Origin: an uncultured delta proteobacterium
GTDB taxonomy: Bacteria > Myxococcota_A > Polyangia > Polyangiales > Polyangiaceae
Length of the DNA: 64,000 bases
NCBI GenBank assembly: GCA_963841435.1
Contig: CAWJCS010000006.1
Coordinates: forward strand, 1,280,001 to 1,344,000
Direction of reading: 5' to 3'
Position 1 is the stretch's first letter. Every line of letters starts with the position of its first letter. Below, in pieces: positions 44,984 through 55,224 of this stretch. Made by a program: the position numbers and the translations under genes. The notes below the pieces were generated by a model, which was not told the DNA's origin, did not search any database, and saw nothing but the letters and a program-made list of their open reading frames with translations.

Positions 44984-46342
44984 ATGAAGCTTCGCCGGCA
45001 CGTGGTCGTCGTGGGCGGCGGTTTTGGTGGGCTCGCCGCCACCAAGGCGCTTCGTCGGGCGCCCGTCCACGTCACCCTCCTCGACAAGTCGAACCACTAC
45101 CTGTTCCAGCCGCTGCTCTACCAGGTGGCCATGGCGGGGCTCTCGCCGGCGGAGGTCGCCGTGCCGATCCGCAGCATCCTGAGTCGGCAGAAGAACGCCA
45201 TGGTGCTGCTCGCGGAGGTGACGGGCGTGGACCTCGCGGCGAAGAAAGTGAAAATCAGCGACGGTCCGGATCTGGACTACGAATATCTCGTGCTCGCTCC
45301 GGGCGCGCGCACGTCCTACTTTTCACACGACGAGTGGGAGAGCGTCGCCCCCGGGCTGAAGGATCTCGACGACGCCGTGGAGATCCGCCGGCGCGTGCTC
45401 GTCGCGTTCGAAGCGGCGGAGCGCGAAGCGGACCCGGCGCGACAGCGGCGGCACCTCACGTTCGTGGTCATCGGCGGCGGACCCACGGGTGTGGAGCTCG
45501 CCGGAGCGATTGCGGAGCTTGCGACGTTCGTGCTCGCGCGCGACTTTCGCAATATCCGCCCCGATGCGACGCGCGTCGTGCTCGTCGAAGGCGGCGAGCG
45601 CATCCTCGGCGGGTTCGACTCAATTCTTGCGGCGCGTGCGAGGGAGAGCCTCGAGGCGATGGGCGTCGAGGTCCGCACCGGCACGCGCATCACGCACATC
45701 GATGCCGAGGGCGCAACGTGCGGTAACGCGCGGATCGAAGCGACCACGGTGCTCTGGGCCGCGGGCGTCCGGGCCGCGTCGCTCGGCGCGTCGCTCGGCG
45801 TCCCCGTCGATCGCTCGGGGCGCATCCCCGTCCTCGAGGATTGCAGTATTCCCGGCTACCCGAACGTCTTCTGCATCGGTGACGCAGCGGCCTTCACCGA
45901 GCCGGGCGACGACCAGCTCCTGCCCGGCGTGAGCCCCGTCGCCATGCAACAGGGCCGCTTCGTCGCGCGGCAGATCGACCTCGGCCTCCGAGGCCTGCCC
46001 CGCGAGCGCTTTCACTACCGCGATAAGGGCGTCATGGCGACGATTGGGCGCAGCCGTGCCGTTGCCCGCATCGGCGGCCTGCGCCTCTCCGGCTTCGTCG
46101 CGTGGGCAGCATGGCTCGTGCTCCACATCGTCTATCTGATCGACTTTCGCAATCGCATCCTGGTGCTGATCGACTGGGCCTGGTCGTACCTCACCTACCA
46201 GCGCGGCTCGCGGCTCATCACCGGCCATCGGCTGCACGCCGGCTCGCCCGAGGCTCACGCCGCCACACGGCCACGGGCAGCGAGTGCCGCGGAAACCGCG
46301 GGTGCCCCGGGCCCGGAGCGGCGGAGCCAGCCGAGCCCCTGA
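44984..46342 (+). CDS. ndh: Type II NADH:quinone oxidoreductase
   Basis: GGGFGG, YLFQPLLYQVA, GGGPTGVELAG, WAAGV, GDAA, AMQQG, ATIGR. Confidence 0.92.
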   Translation: MKLRRHVVVVGGGFGGLAATKALRRAPVHVTLLDKSNHYLFQPLLYQVAMAGLSPAEVAVPIRSILSRQKNAMVLLAEVTGVDLAAKKVKISDGPDLDYEYLVLAPGARTSYFSHDEWESVAPGLKDLDDAVEIRRRVLVAFEAAEREADPARQRRHLTFVVIGGGPTGVELAGAIAELATFVLARDFRNIRPDATRVVLVEGGERILGGFDSILAARARESLEAMGVEVRTGTRITHIDAEGATCGNARIEATTVLWAAGVRAASLGASLGVPVDRSGRIPVLEDCSIPGYPNVFCIGDAAAFTEPGDDQLLPGVSPVAMQQGRFVARQIDLGLRGLPRERFHYRDKGVMATIGRSRAVARIGGLRLSGFVAWAAWLVLHIVYLIDFRNRILVLIDWAWSYLTYQRGSRLITGHRLHAGSPEAHAATRPRAASAAETAGAPGPERRSQPSP

Positions 46343-46449
46343 GCGTACGCTGACGAGCAGCATGGGCTCAGTCTCCGGGGGGCGCGTGGGCTGCTGGCGA
46401 ACCGGGCCGTTCGCGCGCCGCGCGATCGCCTCGATCATGAAAGCGCGCG

Positions 46450-47988
46450 TCAGTCGTCGCCGAAGTGGATGCCCTGGGCCAGCGGGAGATCGGTGCCGTA
46501 GTTCACCGTGTTCGTCGCGCGCCGCATGTAGGCTTTCCAGGCGTCCGAGCCGGATTCGCGGCCGCCGCCCGTGTCCTTCTCGCCGCCGAACGCGCCACCG
46601 ATCTCGGCGCCGCTCGTGCCGATGTTGACGTTGGCGATGCCGCAATCGGAGCCCGAGGCCGCGCAGAAGCGCTCCGCCTCGCGCACGTCGTCGGTGAAGA
46701 TGGCGCTGGCGAGCCCCTGACGCACGCCGTTCTGCAGGTCGATCGCCTCGTCGAGCGTTCGATAGGGGAAAAAATAGAGGATGGGCGCGAAGGTTTCCTC
46801 GCCGACGATGGGCGTCGCGGGATCGATCTCGACGAGCGCCGGACGCACGTAGGCGCCGCCCTGGGGCACGGCGTCCGTCACGACCTCCCCGCCATGCACG
46901 GTGGCCCCGGCGCTGCGCGAAAGCTCGAGCGCGCGCTGCATCGCGTCGAGCGCTCGCCGGTCGATGAGCGGCCCCATCAGCGTGCTGGGCTCGCGTGGAT
47001 CGCCGATGCGGACGCCGCGGGCCGCGTCGAGCAGGCGCCCGCGCAGGGCAGGGAGCACGCTTTCGTGCGCGATGAGGCGCCGGAGCGAGGTGCAGCGCTG
47101 CCCGGACGTGCCGACCCACGAAAACAGCGCCGAGCGCGTCGCAAGATCGAGGCGCGCGCTCGGCGCGACGATCATGGCGTTGTTCCCGCCGAGCTCGAGC
47201 AGTGTGCGCCCGAGCCGCGCGGCCACGACCTCCCCGACGCGCCGCCCCATGCGCACCGATCCCGTCGCCGAAACGAGCGGGACGGCCTCCGAGCGTGCGA
47301 GCACCTCACCGACCGAAGCATCGCCGATCACCACGGAAAAGAGGCCGTCCGGCACCTCCGGCGTCTCGCGCGCGGCGCGCCCGAGCAGCGCGTGGCAAGC
47401 GAGCGCCGAGAGCGGCGCCTTCTCCGACGGCTTCCACAGCACCGGATCGCCCGCGACCAGCGCGAGCGCGGTGTTCCAGGCCCAGACGGCGACGGGAAAG
47501 TTGAACGCCGTGATCACGGCGACGGGGCCGAGCGGGTGCCATTGCTCGGTGAGACGGTGATGGGGCCGCTCGCTCGCGATGGTGAGCCCATAGAGCTGCC
47601 GGCCGAGACCGACCGCGAAGTCGGCGATGTCGATCATCTCCTGGACCTCGCCGCGGGCCTCCGCGACGATTTTGCCGACCTCGTGGGTGACGACGGTGGC
47701 AAGATCGCTCTGGTGCTCGCGCAAGAGCGCGGCGAAGCGCCGCAAAAGCTCGGCGCGGCGCGGCGCTGGAACCAGGCGCCAGCTCGAGAAAGCGCGGCCT
47801 GCGCGCTCGACGGTGCGGTGTGCCTGCTCCGGTGTCGCCATGCGGCCCGAGGCGATCGCCTGGCCGTCGATGGGCGAGCGCACGACGAGCTCGCCGCCCT
47901 GACCCGGTTCGGCGTCGCCGCCGCTGGAAACGCCGGGTAGCGTGCTTGCCACGCCGAGCCGCGATAGGGCCGCCGACAGCGCGCTCAC
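46450..47988 (-). CDS. Aldehyde dehydrogenase, ALDH7/antiquitin (piperideine-6-carboxylate dehydrogenase) type
   Basis: GEVQEMID, ITAFNFPVAVW, LELGGNNA, GQRCTS, NIGTSGAEIGGAFGGEK, SGSDAWK. Confidence 0.93.
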   Translation of the reverse strand: MSALSAALSRLGVASTLPGVSSGGDAEPGQGGELVVRSPIDGQAIASGRMATPEQAHRTVERAGRAFSSWRLVPAPRRAELLRRFAALLREHQSDLATVVTHEVGKIVAEARGEVQEMIDIADFAVGLGRQLYGLTIASERPHHRLTEQWHPLGPVAVITAFNFPVAVWAWNTALALVAGDPVLWKPSEKAPLSALACHALLGRAARETPEVPDGLFSVVIGDASVGEVLARSEAVPLVSATGSVRMGRRVGEVVAARLGRTLLELGGNNAMIVAPSARLDLATRSALFSWVGTSGQRCTSLRRLIAHESVLPALRGRLLDAARGVRIGDPREPSTLMGPLIDRRALDAMQRALELSRSAGATVHGGEVVTDAVPQGGAYVRPALVEIDPATPIVGEETFAPILYFFPYRTLDEAIDLQNGVRQGLASAIFTDDVREAERFCAASGSDCGIANVNIGTSGAEIGGAFGGEKDTGGGRESGSDAWKAYMRRATNTVNYGTDLPLAQGIHFGDD

Positions 47989-49124
47989 GTGAGCTCTCCT
48001 CCGAAGTCGATGCTCGCGAGCGAAAATTCGCTCCTCGTGCTCGACCGGTAGTGCTCGCCGAAGCGGTTCGCGAGGAAGGCTTCGAGGCTCACCGACTCCT
48101 GCTTGACGAAGCCCTGCGCCTGCAGCTGCCCGGCACGAAATAGATCCACCATCACGCAGACCCCGGCCGCCGTGGTGAGCTGGATCGCGCTCCAGCTCTG
48201 GCCCGCGATCGTCTGGCTGTAGATTTTTCGAGCGTCGCTCACCTGCACGAGCATGCCGTTCTTCCAGCCCGTGACCGTGCAGAAGACCACCACGACGTCC
48301 TGAAACGTGACGGGCACGGCCCGCTCGAGGATCTCCTTCAGGAGCTCGCGCGACTCGCCGAGCCTGAGCTCGCTCAGCAAGAACGACATGTAGTCGCGGT
48401 GACCCTGGTAGCGGATGGTCTTGTAGTTGAGCTCCCGCACGCGGCCTTCGAGCGATTCGCACAGCGTGCCGAGACCACCCGACGTGTTGAAGGCCTCGTA
48501 GCGCACGCCGTCGATCGAGAAGTGCTCGAGCCCCTCGAGTGGCAAGACCTCGCGGATGCGCCCCTCGTGAATGGCCTCGCAGGGGTTGAGGTACTCGTTG
48601 ATGAGCCCGTCGGTGGACCAGGTGAGGTTGTATTTGAGGACGTTCGACGGAAACTGGGGCAGGGCGCCCACGCGCATGAACACGCGATCGAGGCGGTCGA
48701 AGCCGCGCGTGAGGTCGTTGGCGGCGACGGACACGAAGCCGGGGGCGAGCCCGCATTGTGGCATGAAGACCTGACCCGGCCGGGCGTGCTCGGCGACAGC
48801 CCGGACGCGCCGCGTGGTCTCGCGATCTTCGGTGAGGTCGAAGTAGCTCGCGCCGACCTCGGCGCAGATCTCGGCAACGCGAGGATTGTGGGCGTACGAG
48901 AGCGCCGAAACCACGATGTCTTCCGCGCCGATCGCGAGCTTCAAGGCGCCCGCGTCCGCGGCGTCGAGCTTCTGGGGCGCAGAGGCCGGCACGCGCGACG
49001 CGAGCAACGCGAGCGCTGCGTCGTCGCGATCGCCCACGCGCACGGCGTAGTCGCCCGAGGCCGACAGGAGGTTGGCGATGGTGCGGCCGATTTTGCCCGC
49101 GCCGAGGATGAGCACACGTTTCAT
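47985..49124 (-). CDS. Saccharopine dehydrogenase-family protein (likely lysine 6-dehydrogenase-like)
   Basis: LILGAGKIG, CGLAPG, RVGALP, TWSTDGLINEY, EAFNTSGG, YKTIRY, AIQLTTA. Confidence 0.88.
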   Translation of the reverse strand: MKRVLILGAGKIGRTIANLLSASGDYAVRVGDRDDAALALLASRVPASAPQKLDAADAGALKLAIGAEDIVVSALSYAHNPRVAEICAEVGASYFDLTEDRETTRRVRAVAEHARPGQVFMPQCGLAPGFVSVAANDLTRGFDRLDRVFMRVGALPQFPSNVLKYNLTWSTDGLINEYLNPCEAIHEGRIREVLPLEGLEHFSIDGVRYEAFNTSGGLGTLCESLEGRVRELNYKTIRYQGHRDYMSFLLSELRLGESRELLKEILERAVPVTFQDVVVVFCTVTGWKNGMLVQVSDARKIYSQTIAGQSWSAIQLTTAAGVCVMVDLFRAGQLQAQGFVKQESVSLEAFLANRFGEHYRSSTRSEFSLASIDFGGELT

Positions 49125-49324
49125 GGCGCTGTCGCGGAGCGTTCCGCCCCGGCTGTCCGGTGCAGACGACCGCGCTTTAATCAAGTTTGGGGTCCAGGGC
49201 GCAGAGCGCAACCCCTCGCGAGCCGAAGCTTCGGTTTGTCGTGGTGAAGGGTGCGACAAGGTGCCCCGCCGGCGCTTCGCCCTGCGCCTTGTTGGGGAGG
49301 CCGTCGTCGGACAAACTTTGGCTC

Positions 49325-50719
49325 ATGGCCGACTCGAACGACGTGGCGTTCTCGCCGGAGCCGTCGGCCGCGCGCGTCGTCGGCGAGCTTCTGACGCGCT
49401 TCAGCGACGGCTCGGCGGCGGCGCGAGCGCTTGCCGCGCATCTTCTCGAGTCGGCAGGCACGCGCCTTTGCGATGTCGTGGAGGTGCTGTCGGTCGCGGG
49501 GGACGGCGAGCTCCGCCGTTCGCTCGTCGCGCAGGGATTTCGGACGCTGCCGAGCGAAGGGCTCGTGAGCGGCGCGGAGCTCTTCGAGCACCCGCGGGCG
49601 CTCCTGCCGCTCGTCGAGCTTCGACCGTACGGCAAGGCGCGCGCGTCCGTGCGCGTGGATTCGCTGCCCGACTTTCTCGAGGCCAGTGGCGCCAGGCCGC
49701 TCGAGCTCGAGGGGGACGCGGGGGCGCTGGTCCGGCGCGCGCTCGTCGCGAGCGAGGGCGAATCCGAGCTTTTCGTGCACGAGCGCTGGGGCGCGCGAAA
49801 GCTCGTGACGGTGCGCGACGCGGTTTCGCGGGGGCCGGGCGTTGCCGCACGCGAGAAGCACCTCGAAGCGTTCCGGCTCAGACCACGGCCGCTCGCTGAC
49901 CCGGAGGCAACCTTTCGCGCCGCGGCGCTACTCGTGCGCGCCGCCCAGCGCGATCTCGGCGAGGCGGTGGCGTGCGAGGTGTTCTTCGAGGCCGAGCGTC
50001 GCTACTACGTTCGGCGCAATCGCGCGGCGCGCGTCCAGCTCGCACGACAGGACGCGCTCGGAGCCGGCTTTCACAATCGCGATCATCATACCTACCGGTC
50101 GAGCCGCGCGGCGTTCGCGGCGCTGGTTGGCACGCTCGAACTCGTGGGGCTTCGCTGCCGGGAGCGCTTCTACGCCGGACACGAAGCGGGCTGGGGCGCG
50201 CAGGTGATGGAGCATCCGGAGCTCGGCATCTGCGTGTTCGCCGATGTCGATCTGAGCCCCAGCGAGATCAACGGCGATTTCGCGCACCGCGGGCTCGAGC
50301 CTCGCGACGAGCTCGGCACGGTCGGGCTCTGGTGCGAGCTGCACGGCGAAGCGTTCGGTGCCGCGGGGCTTCACCACCTCGAGTGCCAGTTCGATTTTTC
50401 GCGCGCGCGGGCGCTCCTCGAGGCGGACGGCGTCGGCGTGATGCCGCCCTTCACGGATTTTTCCCATTTGAAACAAGCCTTCACCCGCGGGGAGCTCTGG
50501 CCGCTGGCCGCCGACCGGCTCGAGCGCGCCCGGGCCGCGGGGTGGCTTTCGGCCGAGGCGGCCGAGCGCCTCGCGCGCGAAGGGTCGCTCGGGTCGCATT
50601 TCGAGCTGCTCGAGCGCAACGACGGCTACAAGGGCTTCAACCAGGCGGGCATCAACCGCATCATCCAGGCGACGGATCCACGCCGCGCCGAAGCGCCGCT
50701 CGCCGCCCAGGCTTCCTGA
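49325..50719 (+). CDS. Hypothetical VOC-fold-like metalloprotein (candidate HglS/DUF1338-like)
   Basis: NRDHHTYRS, GLHHLECQF, ELLER..GYKGFN...II.AT motifs. The family assignment is inference. Confidence 0.6.
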   Translation: MADSNDVAFSPEPSAARVVGELLTRFSDGSAAARALAAHLLESAGTRLCDVVEVLSVAGDGELRRSLVAQGFRTLPSEGLVSGAELFEHPRALLPLVELRPYGKARASVRVDSLPDFLEASGARPLELEGDAGALVRRALVASEGESELFVHERWGARKLVTVRDAVSRGPGVAAREKHLEAFRLRPRPLADPEATFRAAALLVRAAQRDLGEAVACEVFFEAERRYYVRRNRAARVQLARQDALGAGFHNRDHHTYRSSRAAFAALVGTLELVGLRCRERFYAGHEAGWGAQVMEHPELGICVFADVDLSPSEINGDFAHRGLEPRDELGTVGLWCELHGEAFGAAGLHHLECQFDFSRARALLEADGVGVMPPFTDFSHLKQAFTRGELWPLAADRLERARAAGWLSAEAAERLAREGSLGSHFELLERNDGYKGFNQAGINRIIQATDPRRAEAPLAAQAS

Positions 50720-50773
50720 GCGACCCGTTGTTTTGCCCCGTGCGGGCGGCAGGCTAGGCTCGGGCCGCACAGC

Positions 50774-51499
50774 ATGATGGCCGTGTCAGACGAGCGTTCG
50801 CGCGCCTACTACGACGATTTTTCCGAGGGCTACGAGCGCGAGCGGCACCACGGCTACCACGCGTTGCTCGACGCGCTCGAGATTGAGGTGGCCGAGCCGT
50901 TCGTCCGGGGGCGCGACGTGCTCGAGGTGGGGTGCGGCACGGGGCTCATTCTCGCGCGTCTCGCGCGGGTGGCACGGCGCGCCGAGGGCGTGGACCTGTC
51001 GCCCGGCATGCTCAAGCTCGCTCGTGAGCGCGGGCTCGACGTGAAGGAGGGCAGCGCGACCGAGCTACCGTACCAGGACGCTTCGTTCGATACCGTGGCA
51101 AGCTTCAAGGTGCTCGCGCACGTGCCCGAGATTGGCCAGGCGCTCGGCGAGATGGCGCGCGTCTGTCGCCCCGGCGGGCACGTGCTCGCCGAGCTCTACA
51201 ACCCGCTCAGCCTGCGCTACCTCGCGAAGAAGATCGCCGGGCCCGGCAAGATCTCCGACGGTCGAACGGAGGCGGACGTGTACACGCGCTGGGACAGCCC
51301 CTTCAAGCTGCGCGCCCTCATGCCGCCGACGCTAAAGCTCGTCGATGTGCGCGGGATCCGCATCGTGACGCCCGCAGCGTTCGTGCACAAAATTCCGCTG
51401 CTCGGGGCCGCGTTGCCGCGCCTCGAACGGCTCGCCATGGCGACGCCGCTGCGCTACTTCGGCGGCTTTCTCGTCGCGGTCGCCGTCCGCCGCGGCTAG
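50774..51499 (+). CDS. Class I SAM-dependent methyltransferase
   Basis: VLEVGCGTG, GVDLSPGM, LPYQDASFD, RPGG. Confidence 0.9.
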   Translation: MMAVSDERSRAYYDDFSEGYERERHHGYHALLDALEIEVAEPFVRGRDVLEVGCGTGLILARLARVARRAEGVDLSPGMLKLARERGLDVKEGSATELPYQDASFDTVASFKVLAHVPEIGQALGEMARVCRPGGHVLAELYNPLSLRYLAKKIAGPGKISDGRTEADVYTRWDSPFKLRALMPPTLKLVDVRGIRIVTPAAFVHKIPLLGAALPRLERLAMATPLRYFGGFLVAVAVRRG

Positions 51500-51534
51500 T
51501 GGCGGGTTCGGCGCACTCGCTGCTCGATGGCGCG

Positions 51535-51765
51535 TCAGCGTCGTCGCCGCGGACGCAGCGCGCGCTCGATCGCCGCGCACGCCTCGGCGGGCGTCTCGCA
51601 GAACGCTGCGGCGTGGCCGTCCCCCTCGCTTTCGGTGCCCGTGAGGCACCCGCCGATCGCCTCGCGCTCGAGGAACGTCTTCAGATGCTCGTCGAAGTGC
51701 GCCGCGGTCTTCTCTGCCGTTGGCCCGAAAAAATCCCAGAGATAGGTGGTTCGGGCTTCGGTCAC
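51535..51765 (-). CDS. Small hypothetical protein
   Basis: MTEARTTYLWDFFGP...HFDEHL; coding-like from GTG 51765. Confidence 0.55.
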   Translation of the reverse strand: MTEARTTYLWDFFGPTAEKTAAHFDEHLKTFLEREAIGGCLTGTESEGDGHAAAFCETPAEACAAIERALRPRRRR

Positions 51766-51796
51766 GCGGTACCTCGGGGTGTGGGCGCCGAAAGCG

Positions 51797-52915
51797 CTAC
51801 TTTGCCGTGCCCGTGAGCGGGTAGCCGCGCGTCTTCCACTCGAGGATGCCCTCGTCGAGCACGGCCGTGTGCTTGTACCCACGGGACCTGAGCGCGCTCA
51901 CGACCTCGCCGGAGGCGTGATGCGGACACGCGCAGTACGCGATCACCCAGGTGCCGTCGTTCGGAATGCGCGAGAGCTGCTCGGCCGCGTAGTACGGCAC
52001 GGAGATCGCCCCCGGAATGTGGAAAAGCTCCCAGTCGGCCGGTGAGCGCGCATCGATGATCACCATGCGCCGCCGCTGGTCGAGGGCCTTCTTCACCTCG
52101 GCCGCCGGCACGTAGCGGTCGTCGCGCATCGTGAACTTTGGCGCGGTGCCCTTGGGGTTGATCACGATGGGCAGGTTTGCGGGGATCGTCGGCGCCGTCG
52201 GGTGAGCGTCCGCGCTCCCGGGGGCCTTGCTCCTGAGCCACGCGATCACGTCCTCGATCTGGCCCGGGTTGAGCTTCTCGGCGAAGGACGGCATCGGCGT
52301 CGGCGGTCGGCCGTGGACGATGGCGAAGCGCAGAAAGTCCGGCGAAGCCGCACGCAAGAACTCCGGGTTGTAGAGGGTCAGCGCGGTCTTTCGCTCGGTC
52401 TCCGTGCCGTGGCACGTCTCGCACTCCGCCGCGTAGACGGCTCGACCGAGCTCGGCGTTGCCTTGCACGCTCGACTTCGGAAGCGGGTGAGCAGGGGGCC
52501 CTTTCTGCCTGAGGAAGCCGACGAGGCGTGCGATGTCGGCGTCGTCGAGCGGTCCGCCACGGACCTTGCCGTAGGCTCCCATTGCCGTGGCGGGGCGTCC
52601 GAGGCGGATGGCGCTGGCGATGAACGCGTCGTCGACGCTCTCGAGAAAGGTCTCGGTCACGAGTGACGGCGCGTTGTCGGCGGCGTAGCCCGTGGCGTCC
52701 TTGCCGTGGCAAAGAGCGCAGTAGCGTTGGTAGAGCGCTTCGCCCGACTCCTTGGTCGCCGCGGGAGTGGGGGCGGATGCCGAAGGCGGGCCCGTGAGCG
52801 TGGGGGCCGTCGACGGGGCCCGTGAGGGTGCGCCCTCGGGGCTCGAGCGGCGGGCACAGCTCGCGGCGAGCCCGAGCGTCAGAAGGAAGGTGAGGACTGT
52901 CGAAGGGAGGCGCAT
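51797..52915 (-). CDS. Di-heme cytochrome c / rhodanese fusion lipoprotein
   Basis: Lipobox AASC, CALCH and CETCH heme sites, IIDAR..HIPGA..YCACPH rhodanese domain. Confidence 0.85.
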   Translation of the reverse strand: MRLPSTVLTFLLTLGLAASCARRSSPEGAPSRAPSTAPTLTGPPSASAPTPAATKESGEALYQRYCALCHGKDATGYAADNAPSLVTETFLESVDDAFIASAIRLGRPATAMGAYGKVRGGPLDDADIARLVGFLRQKGPPAHPLPKSSVQGNAELGRAVYAAECETCHGTETERKTALTLYNPEFLRAASPDFLRFAIVHGRPPTPMPSFAEKLNPGQIEDVIAWLRSKAPGSADAHPTAPTIPANLPIVINPKGTAPKFTMRDDRYVPAAEVKKALDQRRRMVIIDARSPADWELFHIPGAISVPYYAAEQLSRIPNDGTWVIAYCACPHHASGEVVSALRSRGYKHTAVLDEGILEWKTRGYPLTGTAK

Positions 52916-53014
52916 GAAATGAGGGCGGTCGAAAGGGACTCTGGGGCTGCCCGTCGTGGCCGACACGTGGGAGGTCCTGTATAATCCCATCCGTTCGTCT
53001 AGCCGAGCCCGCCC

Positions 53015-53221
53015 ATGGGAACCCTGAGCCCCGTCCACTGGATCGTCGCCGCCGTGGTGATCCTGTTGCTTTTCGGCCCGAAAACGCTGTCGCGTGTCGG
53101 GCGAACGGCCGGGCGTGGAGTGCGGTCGGTGAACAACCTGAAAAAGAGCTTCACCGAGGCCCCCCAGAAGCTCATCGAGGACGTGAAGCGCATCGAGCCA
53201 CCCGGAGACGGGGGCGACTGA
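53015..53221 (+). CDS. tatA: Twin-arginine translocase TatA/TatE subunit
   Basis: HWIVAAVVILLLFG + amphipathic helix. TATAAT at 52980. Confidence 0.8.
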   Translation: MGTLSPVHWIVAAVVILLLFGPKTLSRVGRTAGRGVRSVNNLKKSFTEAPQKLIEDVKRIEPPGDGGD

Positions 53222-53230
53222 AGCGGGGCG

Positions 53231-54091
53231 TCAGGGGACCTCGCGCACGGCGACGCGGTCCCGGTCGAGCGTCGTTTCCCCGCGCTCCACGAAGGCCGGA
53301 TTGTCGACCACGACCGAGCCCTTCGCTTCGAGCGCGCAGGTCAACCGATGGATCGTGCCGGTGCCCGAGTAGGCGCACTGCCTCGCCCCGCGAAAGTCCA
53401 TGCGCAGCGGGTGCGGCGTTTCGAGCGTCACCTCAATCTCGTATTTTCCGGGCGGTAGCGCGACCTCGAGGCGCTTGCCACCGCGCAGCGCCGCGATCTC
53501 GGGCGAGAGCGTGCGCACCACGCGCGTCGCGAAGCGATGCTCCACCTCGCCGGCGCGCACGATGACGTCCGTCGTGCCGACGGCTACGGGAACGAGCGAG
53601 CGTCCGTCAACGCGAAGCGGCTGGCGGTTCGTCGTCGAAATCAGGATGGGAACGTCGGAGAGCTCCTTGCCGTCGGCGGAGAACGCGCGCACGCCGAGCG
53701 GTGGCGGCGGCGCCTTCGTGAGATCGAAGCCGGGCACGTCGCCGACCTCGAGCCGAGCGACGAGACGGCAATGCAGTGGCGCGCTCCCCTCGATGCCCTG
53801 CACCGAGGCGGTGATGGTCGCGTCACCCGTCTTCTTGCACGCGACCGCGCCGTCACCGGTCGGGGCCGCGACGGCGGGCGCCCGCGAGCCGAGCGTGTAC
53901 GCTTCGGGAGCGAGCGTCGTCGTCGTCACGCCGTGCGTCGCCCGCACGAGCGGCCGGACGGCGGCGTGGTTCGTGACGAGCTCCGGCAGCTCGAGGCGCA
54001 CGCGCTCGGGTGGCGGCTCGCGCCGACAGGCGGCGAGCGCCGCGAGCCCGAGCGCGAGGGAGCCCCCGCGGATGGCGGCTGGCCGAGTCAC
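53231..54091 (-). CDS. Hypothetical lipoprotein (Ig-like beta domains)
   Basis: Lipobox LAAC; GDATITAS and GTTDVIVRAG Ig-like strands. Confidence 0.65.
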   Translation of the reverse strand: MTRPAAIRGGSLALGLAALAACRREPPPERVRLELPELVTNHAAVRPLVRATHGVTTTTLAPEAYTLGSRAPAVAAPTGDGAVACKKTGDATITASVQGIEGSAPLHCRLVARLEVGDVPGFDLTKAPPPPLGVRAFSADGKELSDVPILISTTNRQPLRVDGRSLVPVAVGTTDVIVRAGEVEHRFATRVVRTLSPEIAALRGGKRLEVALPPGKYEIEVTLETPHPLRMDFRGARQCAYSGTGTIHRLTCALEAKGSVVVDNPAFVERGETTLDRDRVAVREVP

Positions 54092-54160
54092 TGCGGCCGA
54101 GCCTACCCCGACGCGCGCCCCGCCGCAGGGGGTGAGCGACGACGTGCTCGGCTCGCGGGA

Positions 54161-54520
54161 TCAGCCCCGACGGCGGGCGGCGCTGCGCCGTTCCTCGGCG
54201 TCGGTCGGGCGCGGACCGATGCGTCGAAAGCGGATGGCGGCGGCTTCGACGAGGGGCGCGGCGCGCGTGGCGCTCGGGATCAGCCGGACGAGTCGGTTGG
54301 TCGCGTCCTCGGCCTGGGTCCACGCCGAGCGGTGCCCGACGGTGTCCGGCGCCGTACGTCGCGAGAGCTCGAGCGACCGTGCGAGCATTTTGCCGATCTC
54401 GGCGAGCTCTCCAAGGTCGGGCTCCGAGGCGCCTTCGCGCTTCTTCGCGGCGTAGAGAGCGCGCGTGATACCGAGCAGGTCGCGCACGGCCTCGCGTGGG
54501 AGCGGATCGGAGCGCGACAT
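54161..54520 (-). CDS. Hypothetical helical protein
   Basis: 119 aa ORF filling the gap, amphipathic helices. Confidence 0.6.
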   Translation of the reverse strand: MSRSDPLPREAVRDLLGITRALYAAKKREGASEPDLGELAEIGKMLARSLELSRRTAPDTVGHRSAWTQAEDATNRLVRLIPSATRAAPLVEAAAIRFRRIGPRPTDAEERRSAARRRG

Positions 54521-54645
54521 CGTCCCAGGGTGGCCGGCGCCGCGCCGGCGTCAATCGCCACGTCCGACCCCGGTCCGACGGGCGTCTCGGTGCTTCGTGC
54601 GTCGCCGGTCCGCGCCGGGCGCGCGACGGTCGGCCCGCTGCCCGG

Positions 54646-55224
54646 CTACTCCCGAAAGGGCGAGTGGCTGAGCTGGATCGGCGCGCTGAGCTCCGCGTCC
54701 GCGCCATCACCGTAGCGCACGCGAAGGGTGATCTCGACGTGTCCGAGCGCGCGCATGGCGTCTCCCGGCAAGGCGAGCACGACCTCGCCGTTCGAGGGAT
54801 CCTGGAACACCAGGCGTTCCCGGTGCGCTCGCTCCCCGCTCGCAGCATCGACGGAGTCGAACACGAGCGTCACGGGGACGTTCGAACGGAGCGGGGTGCG
54901 CAAGGTGACGATTGTCATGTGCTCACCGGGGGCGCTCGTACATTGCACGCTGTCGCCCGGGAGGAGGTCGTAGCGCCTCAGCACCGCGCCCGCGCGCTCG
55001 AGTCGCTCGACGAAGCCCCGATTGACGACAACGTCGACGAGGCCCCGGCGAATTGCCCCGGCGACGCTGGCTTCGAGCGCTTCGAGCCAGGCGAGCATTT
55101 CGGCGCAGGACGAGCACGAGAAATAGTGGTCCTCGAGGGATTGTTCGCGCTCCGCGTCGAGCTCGCCGCGTCGGTACGAAAAGAGATCTTCGAGCAGTAC
55201 GGGGCTCGTGCAGGGCTCGGTCAT
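54646..55224 (-). CDS. Zinc-finger (HxxxCxxC) anti-sigma factor
   Basis: EDHYFSCSSC ZAS motif; overlaps the sigma factor stop. Confidence 0.8.
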   Translation of the reverse strand: MTEPCTSPVLLEDLFSYRRGELDAEREQSLEDHYFSCSSCAEMLAWLEALEASVAGAIRRGLVDVVVNRGFVERLERAGAVLRRYDLLPGDSVQCTSAPGEHMTIVTLRTPLRSNVPVTLVFDSVDAASGERAHRERLVFQDPSNGEVVLALPGDAMRALGHVEITLRVRYGDGADAELSAPIQLSHSPFRE

